This document shows, piece after piece, positions 28,570-37,545 of a stretch of 64,000 bases of DNA; position 1 is the first letter of the stretch, and each line of letters starts with the position of its first letter. Below the pieces are notes generated by a model that saw nothing but the letters and a program-made list of their open reading frames with translations, did not search any database and was not told the DNA's origin. This DNA is from Nanobdellota archaeon. Lineage in GTDB: Archaea; Nanobdellota; Nanobdellia; Pacearchaeales; GW2011-AR1. A program made the position numbers and the translations under genes. The DNA is taken from positions 160,001-224,000 of the forward strand of contig JBBSXC010000003.1 of the NCBI GenBank assembly GCA_038045945.1, written 5' to 3'.

Positions 28570-28866
28570 TTATGAAAGAGAAACTATATCCTTCTGCTTA
28601 ATCTCTCTTTTATTCTCATAAATTATAGTATTTCCTCTGTTCATCCTTTTGATATTTACGAGAACTAATTTTTTATCATCTTCATAAATTTTCAGTATGT
28701 GAGTAGGAAGTATGGATTTATCCCCCGCCAGGTGTAATCTTATCTCTCTTAGCTCTATATCAAAATTTTTACCTTCAACTTCAAAGTTGCTATCTATAAC
28801 ACCATATTCTCTACCTTCAATTTTTATTTTACCACCAACTGGGCAAATTATCATCTTAAAACTCAT
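28570..28866 (-). CDS. hypothetical protein
   Basis: 98-aa ORF overlapping the ferredoxin stop. Confidence 0.55.
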   Translation of the reverse strand: MSFKMIICPVGGKIKIEGREYGVIDSNFEVEGKNFDIELREIRLHLAGDKSILPTHILKIYEDDKKLVLVNIKRMNRGNTIIYENKREIKQKDIVSLS

Positions 28867-29125
28867 CGTACTTTATTTTTACTTCTCCTTCCATTATTCT
28901 ACACTGACACATGAGTCTGCGATTCTCTCCCTCGTCTAAACCATAATCTTTTTCTTCAGGAGTTAGTGGCGAAAGGTTTTCTTCACCTTCTTCAATATTA
29001 GTAAGGCATGTACCACAAGTCCCACTTTCACAAGAAAATAAAACGCCAAGCTCGCCCGCGGCGTCTTTTATTGGTTCTCCATCAGGAACCTCAATTTCCA
29101 AATTATCATTCTTAAGAATAGCCAT
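28856..29125 (-). CDS. fdx: [2Fe-2S] ferredoxin
   Basis: CESGTCGTC...RLMCQ. Confidence 0.92.
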   Translation of the reverse strand: MAILKNDNLEIEVPDGEPIKDAAGELGVLFSCESGTCGTCLTNIEEGEENLSPLTPEEKDYGLDEGENRRLMCQCRIMEGEVKIKYDEF

Positions 29126-29131
29126 AGTTTT

Positions 29132-29755
29132 TTATTTGCAACAAGCACAACCCTCATTATTCATACTTGCAGTAATCTTAAAACCTTTGCTTTCACCATC
29201 GTTAGCGTAATCAATACTTATTCCAGAAAAATTATCTAAGTGATCCTTATTAAGAACGATTTTAACGCCCTCTTTAGCAGTATCAACAATAACATCATTC
29301 TTTGATGGTTTTGCTTCAAAACCTAAAGAGTAAAGGTTTTGGCAACAAGAATCTTCACTGGCACCATTAAAATTAATTCTTAAAAAAACATCTTTTTTAA
29401 GTTCCTTACTCTTACGAGACAAAATATCACTTAGCATAAGTAATGCTTGCTTACTAACTATTATACTATCATCTTCATCTTTTGATGATTCTTTCTTCTT
29501 ACTAACAACCTTGTTCATATCATCAACTAAAGAATTAATTATATCCTCATCAAAACCGTGGCCTTCACATCCTTGCTCAACAGTCTCAAACTGGTTAGCG
29601 TTACAACCAACACAATGAAGACCGTACTCTGTCATAACGTCTGAAAGCTCATCAATATGCTGGGGGAAACGTTTGAAAATATCACTAATGGTCCAATCTT
29701 TACCAATCCTTAATGATTTTACTTCTTTTTTAGAAAAACTTTTTTTATTAGGCAT
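29132..29755 (-). CDS. DUF1858-like domain fused to IscA/HesB-like Fe-S carrier domain
   Basis: GLHCVGC...E..E.GC..HG, then LRI..G..SCC..Y.L, IDY...GF.I, GCACC. Confidence 0.8.
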   Translation of the reverse strand: MPNKKSFSKKEVKSLRIGKDWTISDIFKRFPQHIDELSDVMTEYGLHCVGCNANQFETVEQGCEGHGFDEDIINSLVDDMNKVVSKKKESSKDEDDSIIVSKQALLMLSDILSRKSKELKKDVFLRINFNGASEDSCCQNLYSLGFEAKPSKNDVIVDTAKEGVKIVLNKDHLDNFSGISIDYANDGESKGFKITASMNNEGCACCK

Positions 29756-29760
29756 TATAA

Positions 29761-30465
29761 TTATCCTCCGTAATACTTCTCCATGTAGAATTTTATTAGT
29801 TCTTTAACTTTTGGTATGCAAGACTTATCACTAATACCCACTTTTGTTTTCTTCTGAACTGCTTCAAAATCTTGTGCTCCTTCAAGAACTGCTTCCTCAA
29901 TATCCTTATCAGTAATTTTAAGCACCATATCAATTACTTGAGCCCCCTCAACAACAATCCTGCTGTGCTGTTCTGTCTTCTTGAAATAATCATTAATAGC
30001 CTGACGTAAAGCCTTATCACCTAAGACTGAACAGTGGAATTTTCTTTGAGGCAAGTCACCAAGACGCTTTACTATATCCTGAGGCTTTATTTTAAGTGCT
30101 TGCTCCAGAGGCATACCACCATTCTCTGTTATCATAACAGTTAATATTGATGTGCTCGCTATTGCTGAACCACAACCAAAAGTTTTGAATAAGCAACCAA
30201 CAATTTTATCATTAGCAGTATCAACTTTTATCCACATATCCATCTTATCCCCACAAGCCGGAGAACCAACACTTCCATAACCGTTAGCCCCGAAGTCTTT
30301 TAGTTGCGATTCGCTTCGCAACAAGTTTCTTGGGTTGAAAAAGTGTTCCTTAACAGTATCAGTATAAAACCACCCCTCAGTTTTACCAGCCTCAACTTTT
30401 ACCTCAACATCCTTATGCCTCATAGGCTTAAACTCAACAAAAGTTTTTAATTCATCATCAATCAT
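29761..30465 (-). CDS. iscU: IscU/NifU scaffold with C-terminal degenerate BFD-like domain
   Basis: HF.NPRN, ACGD, FGCGSAIAS, K.HCSVL. Confidence 0.9.
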   Translation of the reverse strand: MIDDELKTFVEFKPMRHKDVEVKVEAGKTEGWFYTDTVKEHFFNPRNLLRSESQLKDFGANGYGSVGSPACGDKMDMWIKVDTANDKIVGCLFKTFGCGSAIASTSILTVMITENGGMPLEQALKIKPQDIVKRLGDLPQRKFHCSVLGDKALRQAINDYFKKTEQHSRIVVEGAQVIDMVLKITDKDIEEAVLEGAQDFEAVQKKTKVGISDKSCIPKVKELIKFYMEKYYGG

Positions 30466-30467
30466 GA

Positions 30468-30821
30468 TTAAGCTAATACTCCCTCAAGTTTTGATTCTTT
30501 AATTGCTAAATTCATGCCGGCTCTTGAACAATATGCTCTTTCATATTCTTCTTTAAATCTCTCATCAACTCTTCCAAAATCTTTAAGATGTTCTTTAGTT
30601 CTTTTATAAGCTTCATATGTAGAAAAAGCATTTCCAAAAGCCCCAATTATTGTAATAACTAGTAACATTGTTGGGGGAGTACCAATAATAATTTTATTAA
30701 CAATTTTATCTTGTGATTCTACTAGATTATAACCAGTTATCCCTGCAGCTGAAGCAAGACCCAAACCCACCAGAGAACTTTTATTCTCCCAGGCACACTT
30801 AACATAATCTTTAACACTCAT
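30468..30821 (-). CDS. hypothetical 2-TM protein between iscS and iscU
   Basis: ATGA-coupled to the iscS stop. Confidence 0.6.
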   Translation of the reverse strand: MSVKDYVKCAWENKSSLVGLGLASAAGITGYNLVESQDKIVNKIIIGTPPTMLLVITIIGAFGNAFSTYEAYKRTKEHLKDFGRVDERFKEEYERAYCSRAGMNLAIKESKLEGVLA

Positions 30822-32023
30822 TTTCCTATTGGTAAAACCTCATCCATTTTAAGATTAACAGGACTGATTTCTCTCAAACGTTCAATAATTCCAGGCAGAA
30901 CTTGGATAACTTTATCAATTTCAGCCCTAGTAGTTGAACGACCAAGAGTGAAACGAATACTACCATGAGCAACTTCGTAAGGCCGCCCGCACGCAAGAAT
31001 AACGTGAGAAGGATCCAGTGTTTTAGAAGTACAAGCACTGCCGCTTGAAGCACAAATACCAGCAACTTCATTCATCATAAGCATAATAGCTTCACCCTCA
31101 ACATCAATGAACGAAATATTAACATTATTACAAAGCCTCATAGTAGGATGACCATTAAGCATAGTTTTAGAAATCTTACTCATAAGACCCTTAATCATAT
31201 AATCCCTAAGTTCTGTAAGCCTCTTAACTTCAAAAGTTTTTTCTTCTTCAGCAATCTCTAAAGCTTTAACAAAACCCATAATGCCAGCAAGATTTTCAGT
31301 ACCACTACGAAGGCCTTTCTCCTGACCTCCACCAAACATAATAGGTTTAATCAAGACTCCTGTTCTAACATAAAGTATCCCAACACCTTTAGGACCGTAA
31401 AGCTTACTACCATTAAGAGTCATCAAGTCAACACCAAGTTTTTTAGTATCGATATCTAAGTATCCTGCTGCTTGACAAGCATCAGTATGGAAAAAGACTT
31501 TTCTTTCCTTACAAACCTTAGCCAGTTCGCTAATGTTATTCACGCTACCAATCTCATTATTAGCATACATTATAGTAACAAGTAAAGTATCATCCCTAAT
31601 AGCAGCTCTTAACTTCTCTGCGCTGACTATCCCAAACTCATCAACATCTAAATAAGTAATAGTAAATCCTGCAGTTTCTAAGTATTCACAAGTTTCTAAA
31701 ACAGCTTTGTGTTCAACTTTACTTGTGATTATGTGCTTCTTTTTACCATTAGCATAAGCTCTAGCAACACCCTGTAATGCAATATTGATACTTTCTGTCC
31801 CACTACCAGTAAAGATTACTTCACTAGCAGAACAATTAATAATTTTTGCCATTCTAGCACGAGCATCATCCAAAGCATTCTTACCACGTAAACCTATAGT
31901 GTTAAAGCTCCCAGGATTACCATACACTCCTTCCTTACCCATATACTTTTCCATCTCAAGAATAACTCGCTTATCAGTATAAGTCGTAGCTGCATTATCC
32001 AAATAGATCTCTGACATTACCAT
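30818..32023 (-). CDS. iscS: cysteine desulfurase (IscS/NifS)
   Basis: YLDNAATT, GNPGS, HTDACQ, K.YGPKG, RSGTEN, SSGSAC; start moved to ATG 32023 (or 32017). Confidence 0.95.
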   Translation of the reverse strand: MVMSEIYLDNAATTYTDKRVILEMEKYMGKEGVYGNPGSFNTIGLRGKNALDDARARMAKIINCSASEVIFTGSGTESINIALQGVARAYANGKKKHIITSKVEHKAVLETCEYLETAGFTITYLDVDEFGIVSAEKLRAAIRDDTLLVTIMYANNEIGSVNNISELAKVCKERKVFFHTDACQAAGYLDIDTKKLGVDLMTLNGSKLYGPKGVGILYVRTGVLIKPIMFGGGQEKGLRSGTENLAGIMGFVKALEIAEEEKTFEVKRLTELRDYMIKGLMSKISKTMLNGHPTMRLCNNVNISFIDVEGEAIMLMMNEVAGICASSGSACTSKTLDPSHVILACGRPYEVAHGSIRFTLGRSTTRAEIDKVIQVLPGIIERLREISPVNLKMDEVLPIGK

Positions 32024-32094
32024 TAAATTAACAACAAAACTAGCATATAAAAAGTTAACGATAGTGAACAATTATACAAAATAATTCTACTTTT

Positions 32095-32475
32095 TTATAA
32101 TCTTTCAAGTAACGAAACATCTTTTCTGCGCCTCAATTCTTCTAACTTTGCCTCAGGATTTACTTTATCCCACTCATAAGTCGATAAATAAAAGTCGCCT
32201 TCACCAACAGAAAGGTCATATTTACAAAAAGGTTTATACCCAACAACTTTTGAAAAAGCATTAACTAATCTTTCAAAATCTGAATCTAAAGACCCTTCAC
32301 GGCTAACAACCAACTCTTTATCAGCAACATGAGAAACAAACACAGGCTTCCCATTATACTTAAAAAATCCAAAATCTTGCTCAAAATCTCTCTCATTTAA
32401 ACCTCCTTGACTAACTAAGTCTCGCTCAACTAGTAACAAATGCCACAAACCATTATTTTGAAGTGTTTCAGACAT
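32095..32475 (-). CDS. hypothetical protein
   Basis: ATG 32475 about 25 nt downstream of TTTTAA. Confidence 0.55.
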   Translation of the reverse strand: MSETLQNNGLWHLLLVERDLVSQGGLNERDFEQDFGFFKYNGKPVFVSHVADKELVVSREGSLDSDFERLVNAFSKVVGYKPFCKYDLSVGEGDFYLSTYEWDKVNPEAKLEELRRRKDVSLLERL

Positions 32476-32516
32476 AAAAATACTCTGAGCCACCTACAGT
32501 TAAAAGCATTATGCTA

Positions 32517-32747
32517 TTAGAAGATATCTCTTACTTTGTCAACAAACGTTCTTCTTCCATTAACCATTGAGCCTATTAGGATAGCAATTCCTGCCCCAAC
32601 AGCAGCACTTATTGCTAAGGACTTCCAAGGATTATTACTTATCATTTCTTGCGCATGATCCTTAGCATCAAGGATGTTTTCTCCAACTTTGTCCTTCTTC
32701 CACTTTAAGAATTCAGCCCAACTCGCCTCATCGTCTTTTCTTGCCAT
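32517..32747 (-). CDS. ElaB/YqjD (DUF883)-like tail-anchored protein
   Basis: I..NPW.SLAI.AAVG...hydrophobic..RR signature. Confidence 0.7.
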   Translation of the reverse strand: MARKDDEASWAEFLKWKKDKVGENILDAKDHAQEMISNNPWKSLAISAAVGAGIAILIGSMVNGRRTFVDKVRDIF

Positions 32748-32752
32748 AAATT

Positions 32753-33049
32753 TTATACCTCCTTGAGTTTATTTATTATGAAAGCTAACAACAAGAGTAA
32801 AACACCAATTATTAAGAATAATAATGACCTGTTTACACCCAAATAATCAATCATAAAGAACATTAAACTTAACAATAAGAATAAGGCAGAAATCATCATT
32901 ATTTGTAAACTTACAACTTTTCTTATTATTCTTCTTTCAATTCTCCAGACTTCCCTCTTTATATGAAAAATTACATCATCCTTAACATTTTTCAACCACC
33001 CCAAAGAAGCCTGACCTAAACCACTAAGCAAATAATTAATTAAGCTCAT
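32753..33049 (-). CDS. 2-TM protein, YqjE/phage-holin-like
   Basis: Basic helix then two TMs; adjacent to the YqjD-like gene. Confidence 0.55.
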   Translation of the reverse strand: MSLINYLLSGLGQASLGWLKNVKDDVIFHIKREVWRIERRIIRKVVSLQIMMISALFLLLSLMFFMIDYLGVNRSLLFLIIGVLLLLLAFIINKLKEV

Positions 33050-33128
33050 TTCTTAAATTAAAAGAGAAATTGTTATATATTGAAGCGCTGTATAAAACAA
33101 TACTTCAATTTTTTCCTTAACAGCTAAA

Positions 33129-33701
33129 TTATATTTTTCCCACTAAATCAAGTCCAGGCCTTAAAGTTTTTTGTCCCGGTTTCCAATTCATAGGGCAAAC
33201 TTCACCACTATGTTCTGCAGTGTATTTTGCAGCTTGAATTTTACGCAATAATTCATCAACACTACGACCAATATCATTATTATGGAACTCAAAAGCTTTA
33301 ACTAACCCTTCCGGATCAATCAAAAACGTTGCCCTTAAAGAAAGACCAGCATCAGAGCCATCATCAATTAATGTCTCATAATCCATACATACCTGCCTTG
33401 TAGGATCAGCAAGCATAGGAAAGCGAATCTTCTTAATAGTTGCAGAATGATCATGCCAAGCCTTATGAACAAAAACAGTATCAACACTAACACTAATAAC
33501 CTCAGCACCTAAAGCCCTAAACTCATCATAATGATCAGCTAATTCTCCAAGCTCTGTAGGACAAACAAAAGTGAAATCAGCAGGATAAAAGAATAATATA
33601 ACCCATTTACCCCTATAATCTGACAAATTAATAATTTTTTCCACTCCATTAACAAATGCCTTACCAGAAAATTCTGGAGCCTCAGAATTAATCTTAATCA
33701 T
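33129..33701 (-). CDS. ahpC: 2-Cys peroxiredoxin
   Basis: FYPADFTFVCPTE, GEVCP. Confidence 0.95.
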   Translation of the reverse strand: MIKINSEAPEFSGKAFVNGVEKIINLSDYRGKWVILFFYPADFTFVCPTELGELADHYDEFRALGAEVISVSVDTVFVHKAWHDHSATIKKIRFPMLADPTRQVCMDYETLIDDGSDAGLSLRATFLIDPEGLVKAFEFHNNDIGRSVDELLRKIQAAKYTAEHSGEVCPMNWKPGQKTLRPGLDLVGKI

Positions 33702-33752
33702 GATAACAAAAAAGCAAGGATGATATATAAAGATTGTTATAAAGGATTAGAA

Positions 33753-34121
33753 TTATGCCGCTTTCTGATAATAACCTTGCCAAACCCTATCAGAAAAAAA
33801 TTTAACCTTTTCAGCACATTCTGAACCATACTCCTCCATAAAAAAATTACCAAAAATTTTTGATTCACCTAAAACTCTAGAAGTTATGGAAGAAACATCT
33901 TCAACAACTCGCGCACGACCATAATATGTAAGAACCCCTATAACCCACCCAGCATTATAATGCTCACGACTATTAACAACTAATAATATGCCAACAGGCT
34001 CTTCTAAAGCATCACCCAAACTTTTAGCAAATACTTCCTTACTAAAAGTAGTTCCAGGCCTGCTAGCAAGAACGGCCAATACTAAATGCAGAGGTGATAC
34101 CCCGCGATCTTCACGTACCAT
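33753..34121 (-). CDS. hypothetical protein
   Basis: ATG 34121 about 25 nt downstream of TTATAAA. Confidence 0.55.
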   Translation of the reverse strand: MVREDRGVSPLHLVLAVLASRPGTTFSKEVFAKSLGDALEEPVGILLVVNSREHYNAGWVIGVLTYYGRARVVEDVSSITSRVLGESKIFGNFFMEEYGSECAEKVKFFSDRVWQGYYQKAA

Positions 34122-34319
34122 AATTAAGAAAGAGAAAAGTGAGTTTATAAGAAGGAGAAGTATGAACAAAGACAACTACCTAAAAAAATTTTTAGTTATT
34201 ATGATGCCTAAGCTTTTTTACAAAAAACAAATTTTTTGTATAAACCTTTAGGGAAAAATTTGATAAAAACCTTAATAAACGTCTTTAAACTAATATTTTT
34301 GAGGAATAAAAGGAGTGAT

Positions 34320-35150
34320 ATGGATAAGAGCAAGATTCTAGGAATAATTTTCGGAACACTAATAATAATAGGAAGCGTAATATGGCTAATAGGAAGCCAA
34401 CTATTATTATTCGTAGTAGGAATTGGAATAATGGTAGCAGCACTACCATTTGTAATATCAGCCATATCAACAACAACAAAAGAAAGAGAAATAGATGAAA
34501 TGTTCCTAGAATTCTCAAGAAACCTGGTAGAAAGCGTAGGAAGCGGAACACCAATAAGCAAAAGTATAATAAACCTAAAAGGAAAAGATTACGGACAACT
34601 AACAGGACACATAGACAAGTTAGGAAACCAAATATCACTAGGGATACCATTACAAAAAGCACTAATAATATTCGCTTATGACACAGGAAGCCAAGCAATA
34701 AAAAGAGCAGTAGCACAAATAAGCGAAGCAGAAAAAGCCGGAGGAGACATAGGAAAAATTTTAGAGTCAGTAGCAGAATCAGTATCACAAGTAGAAAAAC
34801 TAAAAAAAGAACAAAAATCAGCAATATACAACTTAGTAGTACAAGGATACATAATATTCCTAGTGTTCATAGCAATAATACTAGTAGTACAATTCAAAAT
34901 ACTACCATTAACATCATCAATAGGAAATTACGGAGTATCAAGCGACGTAACAGCATTCCAAAACGTGGGGTTATCAAGCGAAAAATTCGCAACACCATTC
35001 CTACTACTAATACTAACACAAGGAGTATTCACGGGCCTAGTCATAGGAAAAATATCCGAAGGAAAAATAAAATCAGGAGTAAAACACTCATTCATACTAT
35101 CAGCATTATCATTCCTAATACTAATGGGAGCAAGGGCAGCATTCGGATAA
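34320..35150 (+). CDS. second TadC/ArlJ (T2SS-F family) membrane protein
   Basis: F.EF.RNL.ESV.SG, YG.L, G.PL..AL, AE..GG.I..IL, G...GKISEG; start set at ATG 34320 after GGAGTGAT. Confidence 0.9.
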   Translation: MDKSKILGIIFGTLIIIGSVIWLIGSQLLLFVVGIGIMVAALPFVISAISTTTKEREIDEMFLEFSRNLVESVGSGTPISKSIINLKGKDYGQLTGHIDKLGNQISLGIPLQKALIIFAYDTGSQAIKRAVAQISEAEKAGGDIGKILESVAESVSQVEKLKKEQKSAIYNLVVQGYIIFLVFIAIILVVQFKILPLTSSIGNYGVSSDVTAFQNVGLSSEKFATPFLLLILTQGVFTGLVIGKISEGKIKSGVKHSFILSALSFLILMGARAAFG

Positions 35151-35170
35151 AAAAACAAAAATTTAACACA

Positions 35171-35467
35171 ATGAAATACTTATTAATAACAGACATAAAA
35201 ACAAAACTAAGCGACGCACAAGTAATGATGATAGCAGAAGTAAGAACAAAAAAATTAATAAAAGTAGAAGGACTAACAAAAAAATCTTTCGTTTATGATC
35301 GCAACAACAGTATTTATCACGAAATATACGAATTTGACAGCGAAGAATCATTAAGAAGTTACGTAAAGACAAACTTCGCTAATAACGTAGCAGAAGAATA
35401 TAAAACGACAGAACCAGTAAAGATTAGAATAATGAGAGTGCTAAAAGAGCAAAAAAATGATAAATAA
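35171..35467 (+). CDS. YdhR-like dimeric alpha+beta barrel protein
   Basis: VEGL..K.F..D......IYEFDSEESL..Y pattern. Confidence 0.55.
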   Translation: MKYLLITDIKTKLSDAQVMMIAEVRTKKLIKVEGLTKKSFVYDRNNSIYHEIYEFDSEESLRSYVKTNFANNVAEEYKTTEPVKIRIMRVLKEQKNDK

Positions 35468-36158
35468 TATAACAACAAGTAAAAGAGGTCAGACACACCT
35501 AGAAGCAATACTAGCAACAGTAATATTCATAGGATTCGTATTCGTACTGTTATACATAATAAAGCCCTTTGAGACTAAAGGGGGAAGCGACAATTCAGAA
35601 TCACTAATTATAACAATACCAAAATATTTAGAAGCAAACATGACAGAACTAGGAATAAAAGTAACTAATAATGCAAACAAGTGCTTCTCAATACCATTAT
35701 CAACAGGAAAAGTAAAAACTTACAGAGTAACAAGCGACAAAGAAGAATTAGTAGACTCTAAAGGAACAGGAACAAACTTACTAATAGACGGACCAAGCGG
35801 ATTCTACCACGTTTACCAATGGGAAGAATTCGACGATAACTCAACAATTAACAGTTGCGCATCAACAAGTAATTATCAGTTAGCATCATCAAGAAAAATA
35901 GACGCATTATCATACAAAAAAATGTTATCCTTTAATGAGACGTATAACACAAACTACCAAGAAAGTAAAATTAGTGTAGGAGCACCAGACAATAGCGATT
36001 ATGGAATAATAATTATAGATGACTCAGGAAAAGAAATAATAAGAGCACTAAAAGTACCTAAAAGCCAAATAAACGTAAACGTTAAAGAAGTACAAAAAAT
36101 AATGGTTTATACTAACGGCAGCATGCAAAACGTTCGTTTAAGGGTATACTCATACTAA
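35457..36158 (+). CDS. type IV pilin-like protein
   Basis: KRG|QTHLEAILATVIFIG. Confidence 0.8.
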   Translation: MINNITTSKRGQTHLEAILATVIFIGFVFVLLYIIKPFETKGGSDNSESLIITIPKYLEANMTELGIKVTNNANKCFSIPLSTGKVKTYRVTSDKEELVDSKGTGTNLLIDGPSGFYHVYQWEEFDDNSTINSCASTSNYQLASSRKIDALSYKKMLSFNETYNTNYQESKISVGAPDNSDYGIIIIDDSGKEIIRALKVPKSQINVNVKEVQKIMVYTNGSMQNVRLRVYSY

Positions 36159-36164
36159 AAAACA

Positions 36165-36617
36165 ATGATAATGTTTAAACAAAATGATGATAAGAAAGGG
36201 ATTATTAGAATAATAGAATCATTCTTAGCAATACTACTAATACTTGGAGCAACAGTTTTAGTCTTCTCAAGATTTACAGACAATAACCTGGAAAGCCAAA
36301 GCATTAGCTCTAATGAAAAAGCAATAATGGAACAATTAGCTAACAACGCAGAACTAAGAGGAATAATAATAAACACAGACGTAAACAACGATAACGGAGT
36401 TGCAACAAGCGTAGACCAAAAAATTATTGATTTTGTGAGCAAAAGAGTACAAGCAGGATACGAATACGAGATAAAAATTTGCAAACTAGAAAGCATTTGC
36501 GCAAGCAGCAGCTACCACGAGCAAGTATTCGCAGAAGAAAGAGTAATATCATCAAACATCAACGATTATTCACCAAGAAAAATAAAAATTTATGAGTGGA
36601 AAACAGGAACAAAATGA
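36165..36617 (+). CDS. type IV pilin-like protein
   Basis: KKG|IIRIIESFLAILLI. Confidence 0.8.
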   Translation: MIMFKQNDDKKGIIRIIESFLAILLILGATVLVFSRFTDNNLESQSISSNEKAIMEQLANNAELRGIIINTDVNNDNGVATSVDQKIIDFVSKRVQAGYEYEIKICKLESICASSSYHEQVFAEERVISSNINDYSPRKIKIYEWKTGTK

Positions 36618-37108
36618 AAATAACAAAAAAGAAGAAAATTGCCATAAAAAAAACCAAAAAAGTTGTTATTGAACCATACCAATTCTTAGACCACACAGCT
36701 GACGTAAAATTTAGAGCTTATGGAAAAACACTAGAAGAAACATTCGAAAATTGTGCAATGGCAGTTAAAGAAACAATAACCAAAAGCGAAATATCAGCTG
36801 TCCTAACTAAAGGTTGTGGAATGATGGCAGACGACTTAGAAGGACTCTTGCAAAACTTCCTTGAAGAAATAATATTCTTATTCGACAGCGAAAACTTCAT
36901 AGTTGCAAAAATAGAAAAATTAAGAATAATAAAAGATACTGTAGGATTCTCACTAGCTTGCGACTTCGCAGGAGACTTAACGAGCGGAAAAGACACACAG
37001 GGCAATAGTTACGATTTTGAGGAACACATCAAAGCAATAACTTATCACGAGATGAGCATAAAAAAAGTTAATGGTAATTACGAAATAGAAGTAGTATTAG
37101 ACGTATAA
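36614..37108 (+). CDS. archease
   Basis: YQFLDHTADV.F.AYG, IKAITYH, VVLDV C-terminus; ATG 36614 overlaps the previous TGA. Confidence 0.93.
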   Translation: MKITKKKKIAIKKTKKVVIEPYQFLDHTADVKFRAYGKTLEETFENCAMAVKETITKSEISAVLTKGCGMMADDLEGLLQNFLEEIIFLFDSENFIVAKIEKLRIIKDTVGFSLACDFAGDLTSGKDTQGNSYDFEEHIKAITYHEMSIKKVNGNYEIEVVLDV

Positions 37109-37471
37109 TTAAATAGCAACACGCCTAGAGTTTTCTTTCTGACTAGAAGCCCACTTTTCTAACATCTCAAGACCAGCCTTAGTATGAACCTCTAAAGGAT
37201 CATAAACTGGGGCAGGCATATTAAACCCGCGAGGTGAAGCTCTAGGCGCACTAATAACACCATAATGTGCTAGTACAAGATCCGCTCTAGGATCAAATAA
37301 GCCAGCAGACCTAAGCAAATCATCAACTTCTTGCCTAATAAACGGGCCAGGTTCAGGAATTGAGGTTAGTCTAGAATAATGACGTTTATCTCTTGGATTC
37401 ATCCCAGAGGCATCTTGATACTTCTGAAGAAATTTTAATGAAGAAGCATGATCATACTCTCTGTGTGACAT
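37109..37471 (-). CDS. hypothetical protein antisense between archease and rtcB
   Basis: ATG 37471 about 25 nt downstream of TTTAAA. Confidence 0.55.
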   Translation of the reverse strand: MSHREYDHASSLKFLQKYQDASGMNPRDKRHYSRLTSIPEPGPFIRQEVDDLLRSAGLFDPRADLVLAHYGVISAPRASPRGFNMPAPVYDPLEVHTKAGLEMLEKWASSQKENSRRVAI

Positions 37472-37545
37472 GAGAAGGGAAAAATCGTGGTTGTTTAAAA
37501 GGATTATGGTTATAGAAAACTTATAAACAAAGAAAACGAGGATAA

